A stretch of DNA of 64,000 nucleotides from Mobula hypostoma (GCF_963921235.1 NC_086097.1:177880001-177944000); one strand, 5' to 3'. Counted from the first letter of the stretch, positions 51,096-62,659 are shown. A program made the numbers and translations. Notes: a model not told the origin generated them from the letters alone.

Positions 51096-51639
51096 AGAGT
51101 GTTTCCTCGATGCCATTTATCAGGTTTGCCGTTGCAAATACAACACTCGTCTCTTTTCCTTATTGCGACATCATTGTATGCTGGTTTTATGTACCACACC
51201 ACTGCCTTTTAGATGCCTGGCAGCTCCACACCTGAGGCTGTGTGCCCTGTAGCAAACCCTCAGTTCCTACAAGGATGTTTGTAAGGATTCCACATTACCA
51301 AGCTGGAGACCCAGTTGCATTGTATTCCAGCCGAGGATGTTGCTGCAGCCTTAACTCTTTGTGTTGTGGTTTGAAATTCACTGAGTGTGGTATTTAAGCA
51401 TCATGTCAGTGGGTAGGAGCAAGACCTCTGCTCAGTCACAGAATCATTCTAACCAGCAGGTCATTCACAATGTAATGCCTCAAAACCTACCGCAAGAGGT
51501 CTCAGCGCACCCCCAAGCTTTCTCCATGTAAATGTTTCCACAGCAATCTTTTCACTCAGTGCCTCTGGCACAGGCACAGGGAGAGGATCTGTGTTCAATC
51601 CCAACCCTGGGCGCTGCTGTGTGGAATTTATACTATGCC

Positions 51640-52660
51640 CTTGTCAGTGCTGAGGGAAGGAAAGGGTATGAAGGGAAGATGTTGGGGGTGGAGGTGCTGG
51701 GGACAATGGGAGAGAATGGTAGATGGGTGCTTAGGTCATGGGAGCGTTGGGTCGTATAGAGCTGGAGAGGGTGGAGTTTGATGGAAGTGGTGGGATGGAG
51801 GGAATGGGGCTAGATTTGTGAGGATCAAGGGATGAACTGTTAGGAGGATATAGAGAATGGCAAGATATTGAGAATGGAGGAGCAGTAGATAGGATAGGAC
51901 TAAGGAACTGGGTAGCAGAAAAGATGTGGAGTCGGTGGAAGAGGTAGGGTGGAGCAAAGAGATGGAATAGAGAAAAGGAAAGGGAATGAGGCTAATCAAA
52001 ATTGCAGGGCTGAGGGAAGTGGAAGGAGAGTGCATTGTATGAGAGGGGCAGGCATGAAGGAGGAGAGGAAGAATGAGAGGTGTGGGAAGGACAGACAGCA
52101 AAGTCACAGGGAGAGAGGAAATGTGTGGGTAAGAATATGAATGAGGGAAGGTCAGGGTCATGAAATGGGCCAGGGGAGAGAGGGCAGGATAGCAGGGTAG
52201 AACAGACAAGAAAGGGTAAGATCAAAGGGAAAGGGGGCAACACAGTTAGCACCATCGTGAATTGAAGAGCTTTCCTTCACCTACACCAGAGAGTGAGATA
52301 GTAAGACAGGCACTTCTCAAAGGCATGGGGGATCAGGTGAGAGATTGTGCCACTTCATGCAGAACATAAAGGGGAGTGGAAGAGAGGGGTGAGAATGGGA
52401 GAAGGGAGAGGGTGAGATAAATGAAAGACAACGTGAGAATGAGGAGGCAAGAGTGATGGCTGAAGGTGAGTGTGTGAAAGGGTGTGACTGAGTAGGGAAG
52501 AAGGGAGATGGGAGAAAACAGAAAAGGTGGGAAGGGGATAGGGGGCTTTGTGGAGTTAGATTGGAGTATTGAGGAGTAGGAAGGGACAGGTTTTTGGAGG
52601 AGGGAAGGAGAAAAGAAGGAGAGTTAAAGGAAAACCAGAGGGGTGAGTCACATAGGCTGA
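51640..52660 (+). repeat. Purine-rich low-complexity tract (resumes at 53563-53945)
   Basis: About 1 kb of G/A-dominated, C-poor non-periodic sequence. Confidence 0.8.
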
Positions 52661-52669
52661 ACCAAAAGC

Positions 52670-53562
52670 CATGATGAATTAGCACACAGGAGGGAGATTG
52701 AAAATCTGGCTGAGTGGTGCCACAACAACAACCTCTTACTCAATGTCAGCAAGACCAAGGAGCTGATGATTGACTTCAGAAGGAGGAAACCAGGGGTCCA
52801 TGAGCCAGTCCTCATCAGAGGATCAGAGGTGGAGTAGGTCAGTAATTTAAAATTCCTCATTGTTATCATTTCAGATGACATGACTTGGGCCCAAAATGTA
52901 AATGCAATTATGAAGAAAGCATGGCAGCACATCTATTTCATCATGAGCTTGTGAAGATTTGGCATGATGTCTAAAACCTTGACAAACTTTGATAGATATG
53001 TGGTGGATAGCTTACTGATTGGCTGCATCACATCTTGGTATAGAAACACCAATGCCCGGGAATGAAAAATCCTACCAGAGTAGTGGCTATGGCCTAGTCT
53101 ATCATGGGTAAAGCTTTCCCCAGTATGAGCACACCTACATGTTGTTGCAGGAAAGCAGTATCCATTGTCAGGGACTCCCAGCACCCAGGTTATGCTCCCT
53201 TCTCACTTCTGCCATCAGAAAGAAAAGTACAAGAGCCTCACAACTCATACTACTAGGTTCAGGAACAGTTACTACCCCTCAAACATCAGGCTGTTGAACT
53301 TCACTTGCCCCATCTCTGAAATGTTCGCACAACCTGTGGACTCACTTTGAAAGACTTTTGCTCTGATGGTCTCAGTATTTATTGCTTATTTATTTATTAT
53401 TATTTGTTTTTGTATTTCCACAGTTTGTTGTCTTTGCACCCTGGTTGAATGCCTAGTTGGTGCGGTATTTCAATGATTCTATTGTTTTTCTGTTAACTGT
53501 GATTGCCCACAAGCAAATGAATCTCTATATGTACTTTGATAATAAATTTACTTTGAACTTTA
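52670..53562 (+). mobile_element. Rex1/Babar 3' fragment
   Basis: EWCHNNNLLLNVSKTKEL..DFR in translation; tail aataaatttactttgaacttt. Confidence 0.85.
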
Positions 53563-53859
53563 AGGTAAAGAGAAGGTGGAGGGTTGATGGGGAAAGAGGA
53601 GTTCGCAGTGGGGTGGTTTGAGTTGGGTAAGTGAGTTTGGGAAGGACAAAGGGTCAAAGCAAAGAACGGGGTAGAGGAAAGAGGTGTTGTGGACACGAGA
53701 TGGAAGGGGTAGTCAGATGACACAAGGGAAGTGTGGATGCGGGGGTGGGATGGTTTGACAGAATGTGTTTTGGTGTGATCATGGGACAGGATGGGGAGGA
53801 GGGTGAAGATGTGGGGGCAGGGCCACACGATGTGGGTGGGGAGGGGTATGAAGTTGATA

Positions 53860-54900
53860 CGATGGTGCGGCGAGACGAGAAGTGAGGAGAGGAGGGGGGC
53901 GAAGTAGGGAGGGAGAGCTGAGGGGGAAGGTCTCCGAGGAGGGGTGTCCGCGGGCGTGAGTGTGTGTTGTTGGACGCGGAGGGGCGGCGAAATGTGGCCA
54001 CCACCTCCAGCGCAGAAAGAGAGTGGCGGATCCCATCTTCAATAGGGGGTGGGTAGGGGGGGTTAACAGAGTCACACCGGTGCTAGGCAGAAGAGCGACA
54101 GTCGGGACACCCGAAACTCCAGGAGGGGGGATATTCCCTCACCCTCCTCTAGTGGGATTGGGACTGTTGGCAGGTGCAAAATCCCAGAGACCAATGCAGC
54201 GCATGCGTCCGCGCTGCCCGGGCTCCGCACCAGCCGCAACATGGCGCGAGTGCCCGGCAGTGGCGAGCGGACGGGCGCAGCGGGAACAGCGGGGCCGGGG
54301 ACCGGGACCGGGACGGGTGCAAGCAGTGCCCGCCGCTCTATCCGCCGCCGCCGGGAGCGGGAGGAAGAAGGAGAAGCAGCACCCGCCGCGCCTGATTTTG
54401 AGGCGTCCGGCCGCCTGAGCCAGAACACCCGGCTGGCCACCCGCTACGCCGTCAAGATCTTCCGCGATTACCTGAGCGAGAGGGAGCAGCCTTCCGACTT
54501 CGAGAGGCTGGGCAAGGAAGAGCTGTGCCGGGCGCTGCGCTCCTTCTACGCTGAGGCCAGGTCAAAGAGCGGGCAGGTGTACAGTAAATCCTCGCTCATC
54601 AGCATCCGCAGCTCGCTCAACCGCTACCTGAACGAACCCCCTTACAGCCGCACCCTGGACCTGACCAAGGACCCCGAGCTCCGTAGTGCCAACCTGACAC
54701 TGGCCGCCGTCATCAGAAAACTCGAGGAGCAGGGAGCCGGTCCCGTCATCCAGAAGCAAGCCATCACCAGGTAGTTGGGCTTAACCCTCTCCATCCATCT
54801 GCTCCTCTTCCCCTCCGTCGCTTCGCTTCGCTCCCCCCGTTCACACACACTTGGCCGGGTCTTTCACATCCTCCTCTAGCACGCACGCCCGTCCGACTCC
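53860..54900 (+). promoter_or_regulatory. CpG island and putative promoter of the KCTD1-like gene
   Basis: Dense CpG in an otherwise CpG-poor window. GC box 53981-53987, CCAAT 54191-54195, NRF1-like gcgcatgcg 54199-54207, strong Kozak gccgcaacATGG. Confidence 0.75.
54241..54770 (+). CDS. KCTD1: KCTD1 long-isoform-like protein, coding exon 1 (Crypton-derived DUF3504 region, N-terminal part)
   Basis: MARVPGSGE and RLSQNTRLATRYAVKIFRDYL...FYAEARSKSGQVYSKSSLISIRSSLNRYLNEPP...KQAITR closely match the human KCTD1 long isoform as I recall it. Ends AG|gtagtt (phase 2). Orthology versus a paralogue is unresolved. Confidence 0.88.
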
Positions 54901-56246
54901 TTGCAGAATCATTTAGCTTGGTACATTACACTTGTCCCGCTGCAAATTGGCAACTCAATGAATCGAAACGTCCTTGTTGTTTTATTACCAGTGCCCTCCC
55001 CCTCCACACACACACAAATATACACAAAGTCATCGCTAACTTTGATAGACGTGCAGTAGCTGTCCAACTTTATCCTATCATTCTCAAGTACAAGTTTATT
55101 GTAGTAATGCATACTCACACAGGGCATGAATGCCAGGAAAATTAGCTTTCCGCTGCAGAAGCACAGTCCCTGCCAAGCACAAGTTAACGTAAACTTAACA
55201 CTACACGCTACGCTTGGGGGAATCGCATCGGTCCTGTGCTAAGAGTTGGCTGCATCCCTCCTTTAGAGAGCAAGGCATGGTGCTCATCGCTGTTTCATTC
55301 CTTTCTACTGCACATTTTAGCTCTTTGTGTGTCTCTGTGTTCTCGATGAAAGTCGTTTGATTAGTTATGCAACGCACATATTGTATGACCTCCAGGAACT
55401 GTGCAACTCGTTTGATTAAGGTCGGGAACATTCTGGCTGGCTTTTTATTTGCATTAACTTGGCTTTTTATTTAGACTAAATAGCCTTGAACTGTTTTGTC
55501 TGCCATCAAGTGACAGTGAAACTGAAAAATTCATAAATACTTGGATTTAAAATATTTATATCTTGTAATCTCCAGACTACCATACAAGTTTTAAAGTTAC
55601 CAAAGACACTCCTTGGCCAGAATTGTGCCTGGGAGTGTGGAGGATTGTCGGTGAGCATTATGCACTTGGAAGCTAATCTTGGCCATAATTATCATTGCAG
55701 CAATTGGGTGATTTGTTCCTGTATGTGGTTTGCATTAGTTGCCTAAAATTGGGTAATTATCATGGTTAATGAATATACAGGTGAGATATGGACTTAGCAA
55801 GTTTACCTTTTTTTCCAATTATCAATTTGGGACAAGGAGTATGGTGCCATGATTTAAGAGCATTAACGCCTTTCTAACCACTAGCATCTGGCAGAATGCT
55901 TCTGTTCCCCAACTGGGATATTTAGGTAGTGAAACAGCAGTTGCCGCTGGTGCTATATGGTAGTGTGTAGAGGGAATTATAGTTGCCCATTTCTAGTTAT
56001 AAACGAGGGAATAGTTTTCACAGAAAACAGTTAAGCAATTTACAATGCTGTGTGTGAAATGTTATAATGCTTTCTCAGTATGTGCATACTTCCTGGTCCT
56101 TGCTAGGAAATTGAGACAATGCAGCCGGTGTTGATTTATGCCTAGTCATTATGGTTTTATTAAAAAAACAAAATCATACTTTTTTCCCAAAAAAATACTG
56201 TATCATGTCATCAAGACAAATCATATCGTGACATCCCTATCACCAG

Positions 56247-57087
56247 GTCCGATCTGAGGAAACTCTACACCTCCTGCAGCTTCGATACGAACATGCCCTT
56301 TGGATTGCTCAATAAGGTCTGGTTCGAGATCTGCATGTACTTCTGCACAAGGGGTCGGGAGAACCAGAGGGAACTGGAGGAGGACTCCTTTGGCCTGGGC
56401 ACAGATGAGGATGGCAGAAGATTTGTCTATTATAAAGCCTGTGGACCTTATCATAAATCTCGCTCGGTAACCTGGAGTAAGAAGAGAATGTATGAGACGG
56501 GCACAGAGTTTTGCCCTTATGCCAGTTTTGTTAAGTATATTTCAAAGCGTAACCCCCTCTGTAAGGCTTTCTTTCAAAGACCAAGGGATCATTGCAATGA
56601 AAGTGATGTGACCTGGTATGAAAACAAAGCCATTGGAAAAAATCTTTTGGGCACACGGATGCAGATGCTTTCCAAAACTGCCAAACTCTCCAAGACTTAC
56701 ACTAATCATTGCATAGGAGCGATGTCTGTAGCCACACTGAGCAGCATAGCGGGCACTGGCAACAGGCTGATGCCTCACAGATCACCCCAAAGCACTAATG
56801 GCTCCCATCAACATCACCAGCAGCCCTGCCCTTACGGCATCCAAAACCATGATGGAGAGGTTGTAAGGGTGAAAGTGGAGCAGACTATGACCCCCGCATT
56901 TTATCAACCTATGTCATCACACGACATCAGCTGTCCACCTTCACCAAAACGAATATGCATCCGGTCCTCCGATCCCATAGATTCCCAGAATGTGCTTCCA
57001 GATGGCAACAGCTCACAGGAATCTTTGCTTCAGGAATCCAGTGACCGCCTTGGATCCAATACATCAATACTCATATCGACTATCCAG
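56247..57087 (+). CDS. KCTD1: KCTD1 long-isoform-like protein, coding exon 2 (DUF3504 core plus linker)
   Basis: caccag|G TCC GAT CTG restores ITR-SDLRKLYT in frame. PFGLLNKVWFE..CTRGRENQREL..CPYASFVKY..WYENKAIGKN..YTNHCIG. Ends ATC CAG|gtaatg (phase 0). Spliced total 1371 nt = 457 aa. Confidence 0.9.
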
Positions 57088-57469
57088 GTAATGCTTGACA
57101 ATCATGGCTTTAACAACTCAACTGATTTTTTTGAAGCCACCTTTCTGATTTAAACAAAAGCTAAGACATGTCTTGGTTGTTACCATAGTCACTGTCTACA
57201 TTTAAAAGTTAAGTTATAAGATGAACAAACATATTCATTTAGGGTTATCATTTGTTTAAAATTGTTTAAATTTTAAATTATTTCCTTCCTTCCTCTTTCA
57301 GCATTTAGTTGTTTTTCTGGGAGGGGGGTGAGAGGGATGTTTTAATTGAAAAGCTTTGGCAAAAAGTTTGAGATGATCAGCAAAGAAGGTATTACAACTT
57401 GGGCAAACTTACTGTATTTAAATTTTGTGTCCATCTTGTATGTGTAGATTCACACAAGAAACAAAATCA

Positions 57470-58120
57470 AAATCGGGTTTATTATTTCTGACAAATGTAG
57501 TGAAATTTGTTTTTCAACAGCAGTTCAATAGGTACATTTAATGTCAGAGAAATGTATACAGTATACATCCTAAAATTCTTTTTCTTTACAATATATAAAA
57601 ATACTATAAGTTGCAATAACAGATACATTAAAAACAGGGCAAAATAGTGAGGTTGGGTTCATGGACCATTCAGAAATCTGATGATGGAGGGGAAGAAACT
57701 GTTTCTAAAACATTGAGTGTATGTCTTCAGACTCCTGTACCACCTTCCTAATTGCTGTAATGAATAGAAGGCACATCCTGGATGATGAGGGTCCTCGATA
57801 AGGGATGATACCTTCTGGAGGCACCGCCTCTTGAAGATGTCCTCAATGGTGGGGAGGCTGGTGCCCAAGGTGGAGATGACTGAGTACAACCTTCTGCAGC
57901 TTTTTCGACTCAGTGCAATGGAGCCTCCGTACCAAGCTGTGATTCAACCACTCAGAATGCTTTCCATAGTAAACGTAGAAATTTGCTGGAGTCTTTGGTG
58001 ACATATCAAATCTCCTAAAGCTTCTAATGATGTATAGCTGCTGGTGTTTCTTTATGATTGCAATCACTGTGTTGGGCCGAGATTAAATCCTCTGAGATGT
58101 TGATGCCCACAACTTTGAAG
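57470..58120 (-). mobile_element. Rex1/Babar 3' fragment (intronic)
   Basis: ORFs 57659-57889 (DPHHPG..FRNSFFPS) and 57843-58067. Confidence 0.85.
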
Positions 58121-58739
58121 CGTAATTTTTAAAATTTATGTTGAGTTAATGGGCCCATTAAGCCCACCCCTTCAATTAACTCATTTCTGCTTTGTTCCTG
58201 CTTTCATTTGCATCAATAATCTTTGCATTATCCAATAGAAAATTTCAAACCCAGGCCACGTTTTAATTTCTTATCTGTCTACCCCAAGTCCACTATCTTT
58301 TGTGCTTTGGCATTATGACAGGTTTCCACTGGCTTTTTGTGGCTGATTCCCACGTATTGTGCATGTTGTCTCTTGCTGCTGATAATCATTAACAAGTTTT
58401 CCCAGATGGCATCCAGTCTACGTTCCACTGTGCACACGTTCTCCTTTGTAACACCTCCGGTTATAAATGCAACCTCTGTGCGAAGAGCTGCTTCACTGTG
58501 GCAAAATTAGTTCCCGGTTCAGCTGTCATCTTGCCTCTGAGAAGCTATTTTATCTGATCTGTAGTGCACTGCTAGTTTTAAGACTATAATCACAAATTGG
58601 CTGTTGTGTTTCATAATATTATAATAGCAGGACTTAGCTATGAAACATTTTGTGACTTCTTGACCATGCGAGAGGTGTAGTAGAACTGCAAGTTCATTCT
58701 TTCCCAACACTTTGGAATACTTTGGGACCTTGGAGTACA

Positions 58740-59390
58740 TTGAAAGCAGAGTTAGGCAGGGTGGTGAAAAAGTCATTTAGCGTACTGGCCTTCAGTCAGG
58801 ATACTGAGTACAGGAGTTGGGACATTGTGTTGTAGTTTAATTTGTTTGTGAGGCTGCTCTTGGATTACTGTATGCAGTTTTGGAAGGTTATACTGCATAC
58901 AGTTTGGCCATACTTGGAGTACTGTGTACAGTTAAGGAACTGTACATAGTTATAGAATGAATGTAATTAAACTAGAAAGAGTGCATTGAAGATTTGCAAG
59001 CATGCTGCCAGGACACGAGTGCCTGAGTTATAGAGAGCGGTTGGCCAGGCGAGGTCTTTAATCCCCGGAAGGTAGGAGAATGAGGGCGATCTTATAAAAG
59101 TGCTTACAATAATGGGAGAGTTGAAAACCAGGGAACATAAATTTAGGGTGAGAGTGAAAAGGTTTAAAAGGGACCTGAGGGGCAACTTTTTCACCAGAGG
59201 GTGGGGAGTATATGGAACGAACTGCCAGAGGAAGTGGTTGAGGCTGGGAGGACAGTGTTATTTAAGAAGCAGTTGCATAGGTAAATGGAGGGGTAGGACT
59301 TGGAGGAATATGAGCCCATTGTAGAAAATTGAGACTGGCTGGGTGGGCACCATAGTTGGACTGGAGGGCCCTTATCAATGCTTCCATAAC
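58740..59390 (+). mobile_element. CR1 3' fragment (intronic)
   Basis: ttggagtactgtgtacag; KTREHKFRV..KRDLRGNFFT. Confidence 0.8.
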
Positions 59391-59659
59391 TGATCTCATT
59401 TAAAGATGAGAGTGTCATTAGTTGGGGTGGGCCAGAGTACCAGAGATTAAGAGGTTCAGTCCTTTATTCCATGGAGACCCATTGAGCAGGATATTCTTAC
59501 CTTTTGCTTGCCATTCAACTGGACTTAGATCTCTGTACCTGTGCATTAACATATTGAATCCAGGATGAACTGTTGCCAGTGCGTCTGACCTGCACTGGCC
59601 CTGGACACACCATTAAGTATGCTGGTGAGTGTCCAGGTGCCCTTTGTGTCTGATTGGTT

Positions 59660-60245
59660 ACTTTATGCCAGGGAGAGGCCCTCCGTTGGTCAATGTCAAC
59701 CATGAATGTTGCATCCTAGCTGTATGCATGATTCACAGTACACTGTGGAGAGCCACCTGTGTTCATGTAGCGGGCTCCCCTCCTCTCCATGCAGCTGTTG
59801 AATCCAGAGGATACAGTTTGGTACCAGTGGCTTCACGGGAGCTGCCAGTCAGTGTTGACTTCAATGTAGGACTGTCTTGGTGCTTGCTCCACCTCAGATT
59901 TTTCCTCAGGGTTTACTCCCAAAGCCTTCCCCATGAGTGTGTATAGCTGCAAGGCAGCAGAGGTTTAAGATCAGAGTTTTCCTCCTAAATGAGTTACTAA
60001 TCATGGCTGATGACGTCCATCTACCCAAAGTGACTGTTTTTAAGGTGCCAGTAACCCACCTTTGCTCATTGTCTTGTCAGTAGAAATGGTTCCACCAGGC
60101 TTGGTAGCTGGGCCACTCATGAAGGCCAGGAGCTGGACTTGGTTGTCAGAGGCTATTTGGGACATGTGCCATTGGGAGTATTTAATAGGTGGTGGGAGCT
60201 TGTCCTCATTACCACCCCCAGTTGTAGCAACCTTAAGGAACCAGG
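59660..60245 (-). mobile_element. RTE-5'-UTR-like repeat related to 38166 and 32560
   Basis: Reverse complement ggagtaaaccctgaggaaaaatctgaggtggagc...ggcagctcc...ccaaactgta aligns by eye to 38334-38440. Confidence 0.55.
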
Positions 60246-60947
60246 GAGAACTGGTGTAAGAACCATATCTCATTCGTTTAAATGACATCATGCATCTTAT
60301 AGAGAATGGTAGTTCAAGGTAAGTGCCCATTTAGATTTTAAATATTATTTTGATTTTGTAATTAAATGTAGATTTTATGAAAAAATGATATCTTAAAATT
60401 AATTTTAAATTCTTTTCTCTCTGTTTCTCTCTCTTTCTCACATTGCACATAAGAAATGTGAAAGGAGAACATTGTCTGGTCTGTTTTGCTCCACATGCAT
60501 AGGGAATGTTACCATCACTGGCAGGCTTCCAATATAACTGGGCAGCAGGGTTATTGTTCTAGCTGAGAACTGGTTTTGAAACGAGGTTAATGCTGTCAGT
60601 GCAACGGTGAGATGAGTTTCTTTTTACACAGTGAGATGTGATGTGGGACACTGTCTGAAAGGTTGTTGAGAGCAGATTAGACTGGAATTTCAGCCAAACA
60701 GAATGGGATATGTTTTTGAGAGAGAGAAATTTGCAGGCAGTGGCTATGAAGAATGGGAAGTGGGACTAATTGACAAAATCTTTTCAAAGAGCCAGCACAC
60801 ATGATGGCTAAAAGGCTTCTTTGTTTTATCCATCTGCTGAATTTGAGTGGTATATACTACTATCTCTAACTGTCCTTGAAAAGGTGGAGGTGAATATTTT
60901 ACTAAAGCCCATATAGACAACATCCATTGCCATACTCTCATCAGTCA

Positions 60948-61286
60948 CCTTTTTCTCACTCTCCTTTTTCTCCCTCTGTCCCTCTCAATATACTCCTTGC
61001 CCATCCTCTGGGTTCCCCCCCCCCGTCTTTCTTCCCGGACCTCCTGTCCCATGATCCTCTTGTATCCCTTTTGCCAATCAGCTGTCCAGCTCTTAGCTCC
61101 ATCCCTCCCCCTCCTGTCTTCTCCTATCATTTTGGATCTCCCCCTCCCCCTCCAACTTTCAAATCTCTTACTAACTCTTCCTTCAGTTAGTCCTGACGAA
61201 GGGTCTCGGCCCGAAACATCGACTGTACCTCTTCCTAGAGATGCTGCCTGGCCTGCTGCGTTCACCAGCAACTTTGATGTGTGTTG
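60948..61286 (+). mobile_element. Solo PLE pLTR fragment, young
   Basis: Perfect 13-bp TSD ctctcatcagtca (60935-60947, 61287-61299). Very similar to the reverse complement of 8812-9140. Confidence 0.92.
61189..61224 (+). ncRNA. Minimal type I hammerhead ribozyme motif
   Basis: agtc-CTGACGA-a-gggt ctcg gccc-GAAAC-atc-gact. Stem I agtc/gact, stem II gggt/gccc. Confidence 0.75.
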
Positions 61287-61874
61287 CTCTCATCAGTCAT
61301 CTTTACTGCCTCCTCATAAAATTCAAGTCACGATTGTAAGACATGACCTCCCCCTCCCACCATACAAAGCTAAGCTGATTATCCCTTATAAATCTACGCT
61401 TTTCCAGATGTGTGTAAATTGTATCCTTAAGAATCTTCGGCAGTAATTTCCTTAATGTGAGGTTCTCTGGCTTAAAATTTCCTGGTTTGTCCCTATTGTA
61501 CATTTTAAACAAAAGAACAACACTGGCAAATCCCTGTTCCTCTGGGACCTCACCTGTGGATAAAGAGGATATAAAGATCTCTCTCCTTGCTCCCAGTGAT
61601 CTCTGCTCCTGTCTGTCTCAATGACCTGGGATGGTTATAAGAAGTCCCACACCACCAGGTTCCGAAACAGTTTTACTCTATAAACAGTAGGGTTCTGATC
61701 CATCGTGGATAAGTTCAATCACCACTACTTGGAGTTAATTTTATGACCCGCAGACTCACTGTCAAGGACTTTTTAACGACTCGTTCTCAGTACTATTTTT
61801 TTATTTGCACAGTTTGTCTTACACACTGGTGGTCTGTCAGTCTTTGTCTGTTTACGTATAGTTTCATGTAAGTG

Positions 61875-61961
61875 GGGGGAGGAAGGACATCGACTCAGAC
61901 CATGAGAGGCCTGCATCGAGCATTTTCATGCCTTACAAGGTGCAGATTGGATTCCCCTCCC
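61875..61961 (-). mobile_element. Short retroposon 3' tail
   Basis: 12-bp TSD ttcatgtaagtg (61863-61874, 61962-61973). Matches 6660-6737. Confidence 0.8.
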
Positions 61962-62659
61962 TTCATGTAAGTGCTATTGTATTTCCATTTTGTTCCTGTA
62001 AATCCTACAAGAAAATGAATCTGAAGGTAGTATATGGTAGCATAAATGTAATTCAGTAATAAATTTTCTTTGAACTTTTCTGATCTTACTAATCTCCACA
62101 TCCTTCTCCTTGGTGACTATCTATCTGAAGCAATCATTTAGTCCCTCACTTACTTCCACCGGCTCTTTTGTCCTTGAGTGGTCCTATCTTCTTCCTAGCT
62201 ATACAATTGTTTTTGATGTGTGTATAAAATCCTTTGGGATTCATCTTCATCCTCTTGCCAATGGTCCCATGACCCCATTTCATTCCTCAGAGGCCCTGTC
62301 TGATTCCCTGAAACTTGCATGTGCTTCCATTTTCTCTTTGACTAAATTTGCATTATGTCTCAATCATCCCAGGTTCCTGAGCTTTGCTCTGCTGTCCTCA
62401 CAGGATTGGTCTAGAATTTTGAATAGTGGGTCTTTAAATGACTCCCACCCATATCATATGTGTACTTCATCAATAACAGCTGCTGCTAATCTATTCTCCC
62501 CACCTACTGCCTAATATTATTCTACATAGTTTCCTCCGATTTAGCGCATTCCCCCGAGATCCATTCTTGTCTTATCCATACCTAACTTAAAACCTAGTTC
62601 TGATCACGGAACCCATGAAAACTTGCATCACCTTCTGGTCCTTCTTGTTAGTGACCACC

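Larger units (their letters stand above)
60880..62620 (-). mobile_element. Old CR1 ORF2 fragments with nested insertions
   Basis: ORF 61303-61512 DKPGNFKP..LT..KILKD..HLE. Confidence 0.7.

Noticed and set aside
51736..52685. Pro/Ser/Leu-rich ORFs on the minus strand
   Set aside because: Artefacts of the purine-rich low-complexity tract.
53960..54440. Overlapping ORFs on both strands near the start codon
   Set aside because: Expected stop-codon scarcity in a GC-rich island; no recognisable domains.
54241..57153. Active Crypton transposon or functional tyrosine recombinase
   Set aside because: It matches a conserved host gene, HxxR is HCIG, no catalytic Tyr context is visible and there are no element ends.
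57088..57153. ORF-track C-terminus VMLDNHGF...FLI as the true protein end
   Set aside because: A good donor (CAG|gtaatg) lies where the human exon ends as I recall it; the read-through is likely intronic.
60290..60540. Possible short-isoform first exon (ATGGTAGTTCAAG|gtaagt) or KCTD15-like N-terminal peptide
   Set aside because: The donor would be phase 1 whereas exon 2 ends in phase 0, and the peptide similarity is negligible.
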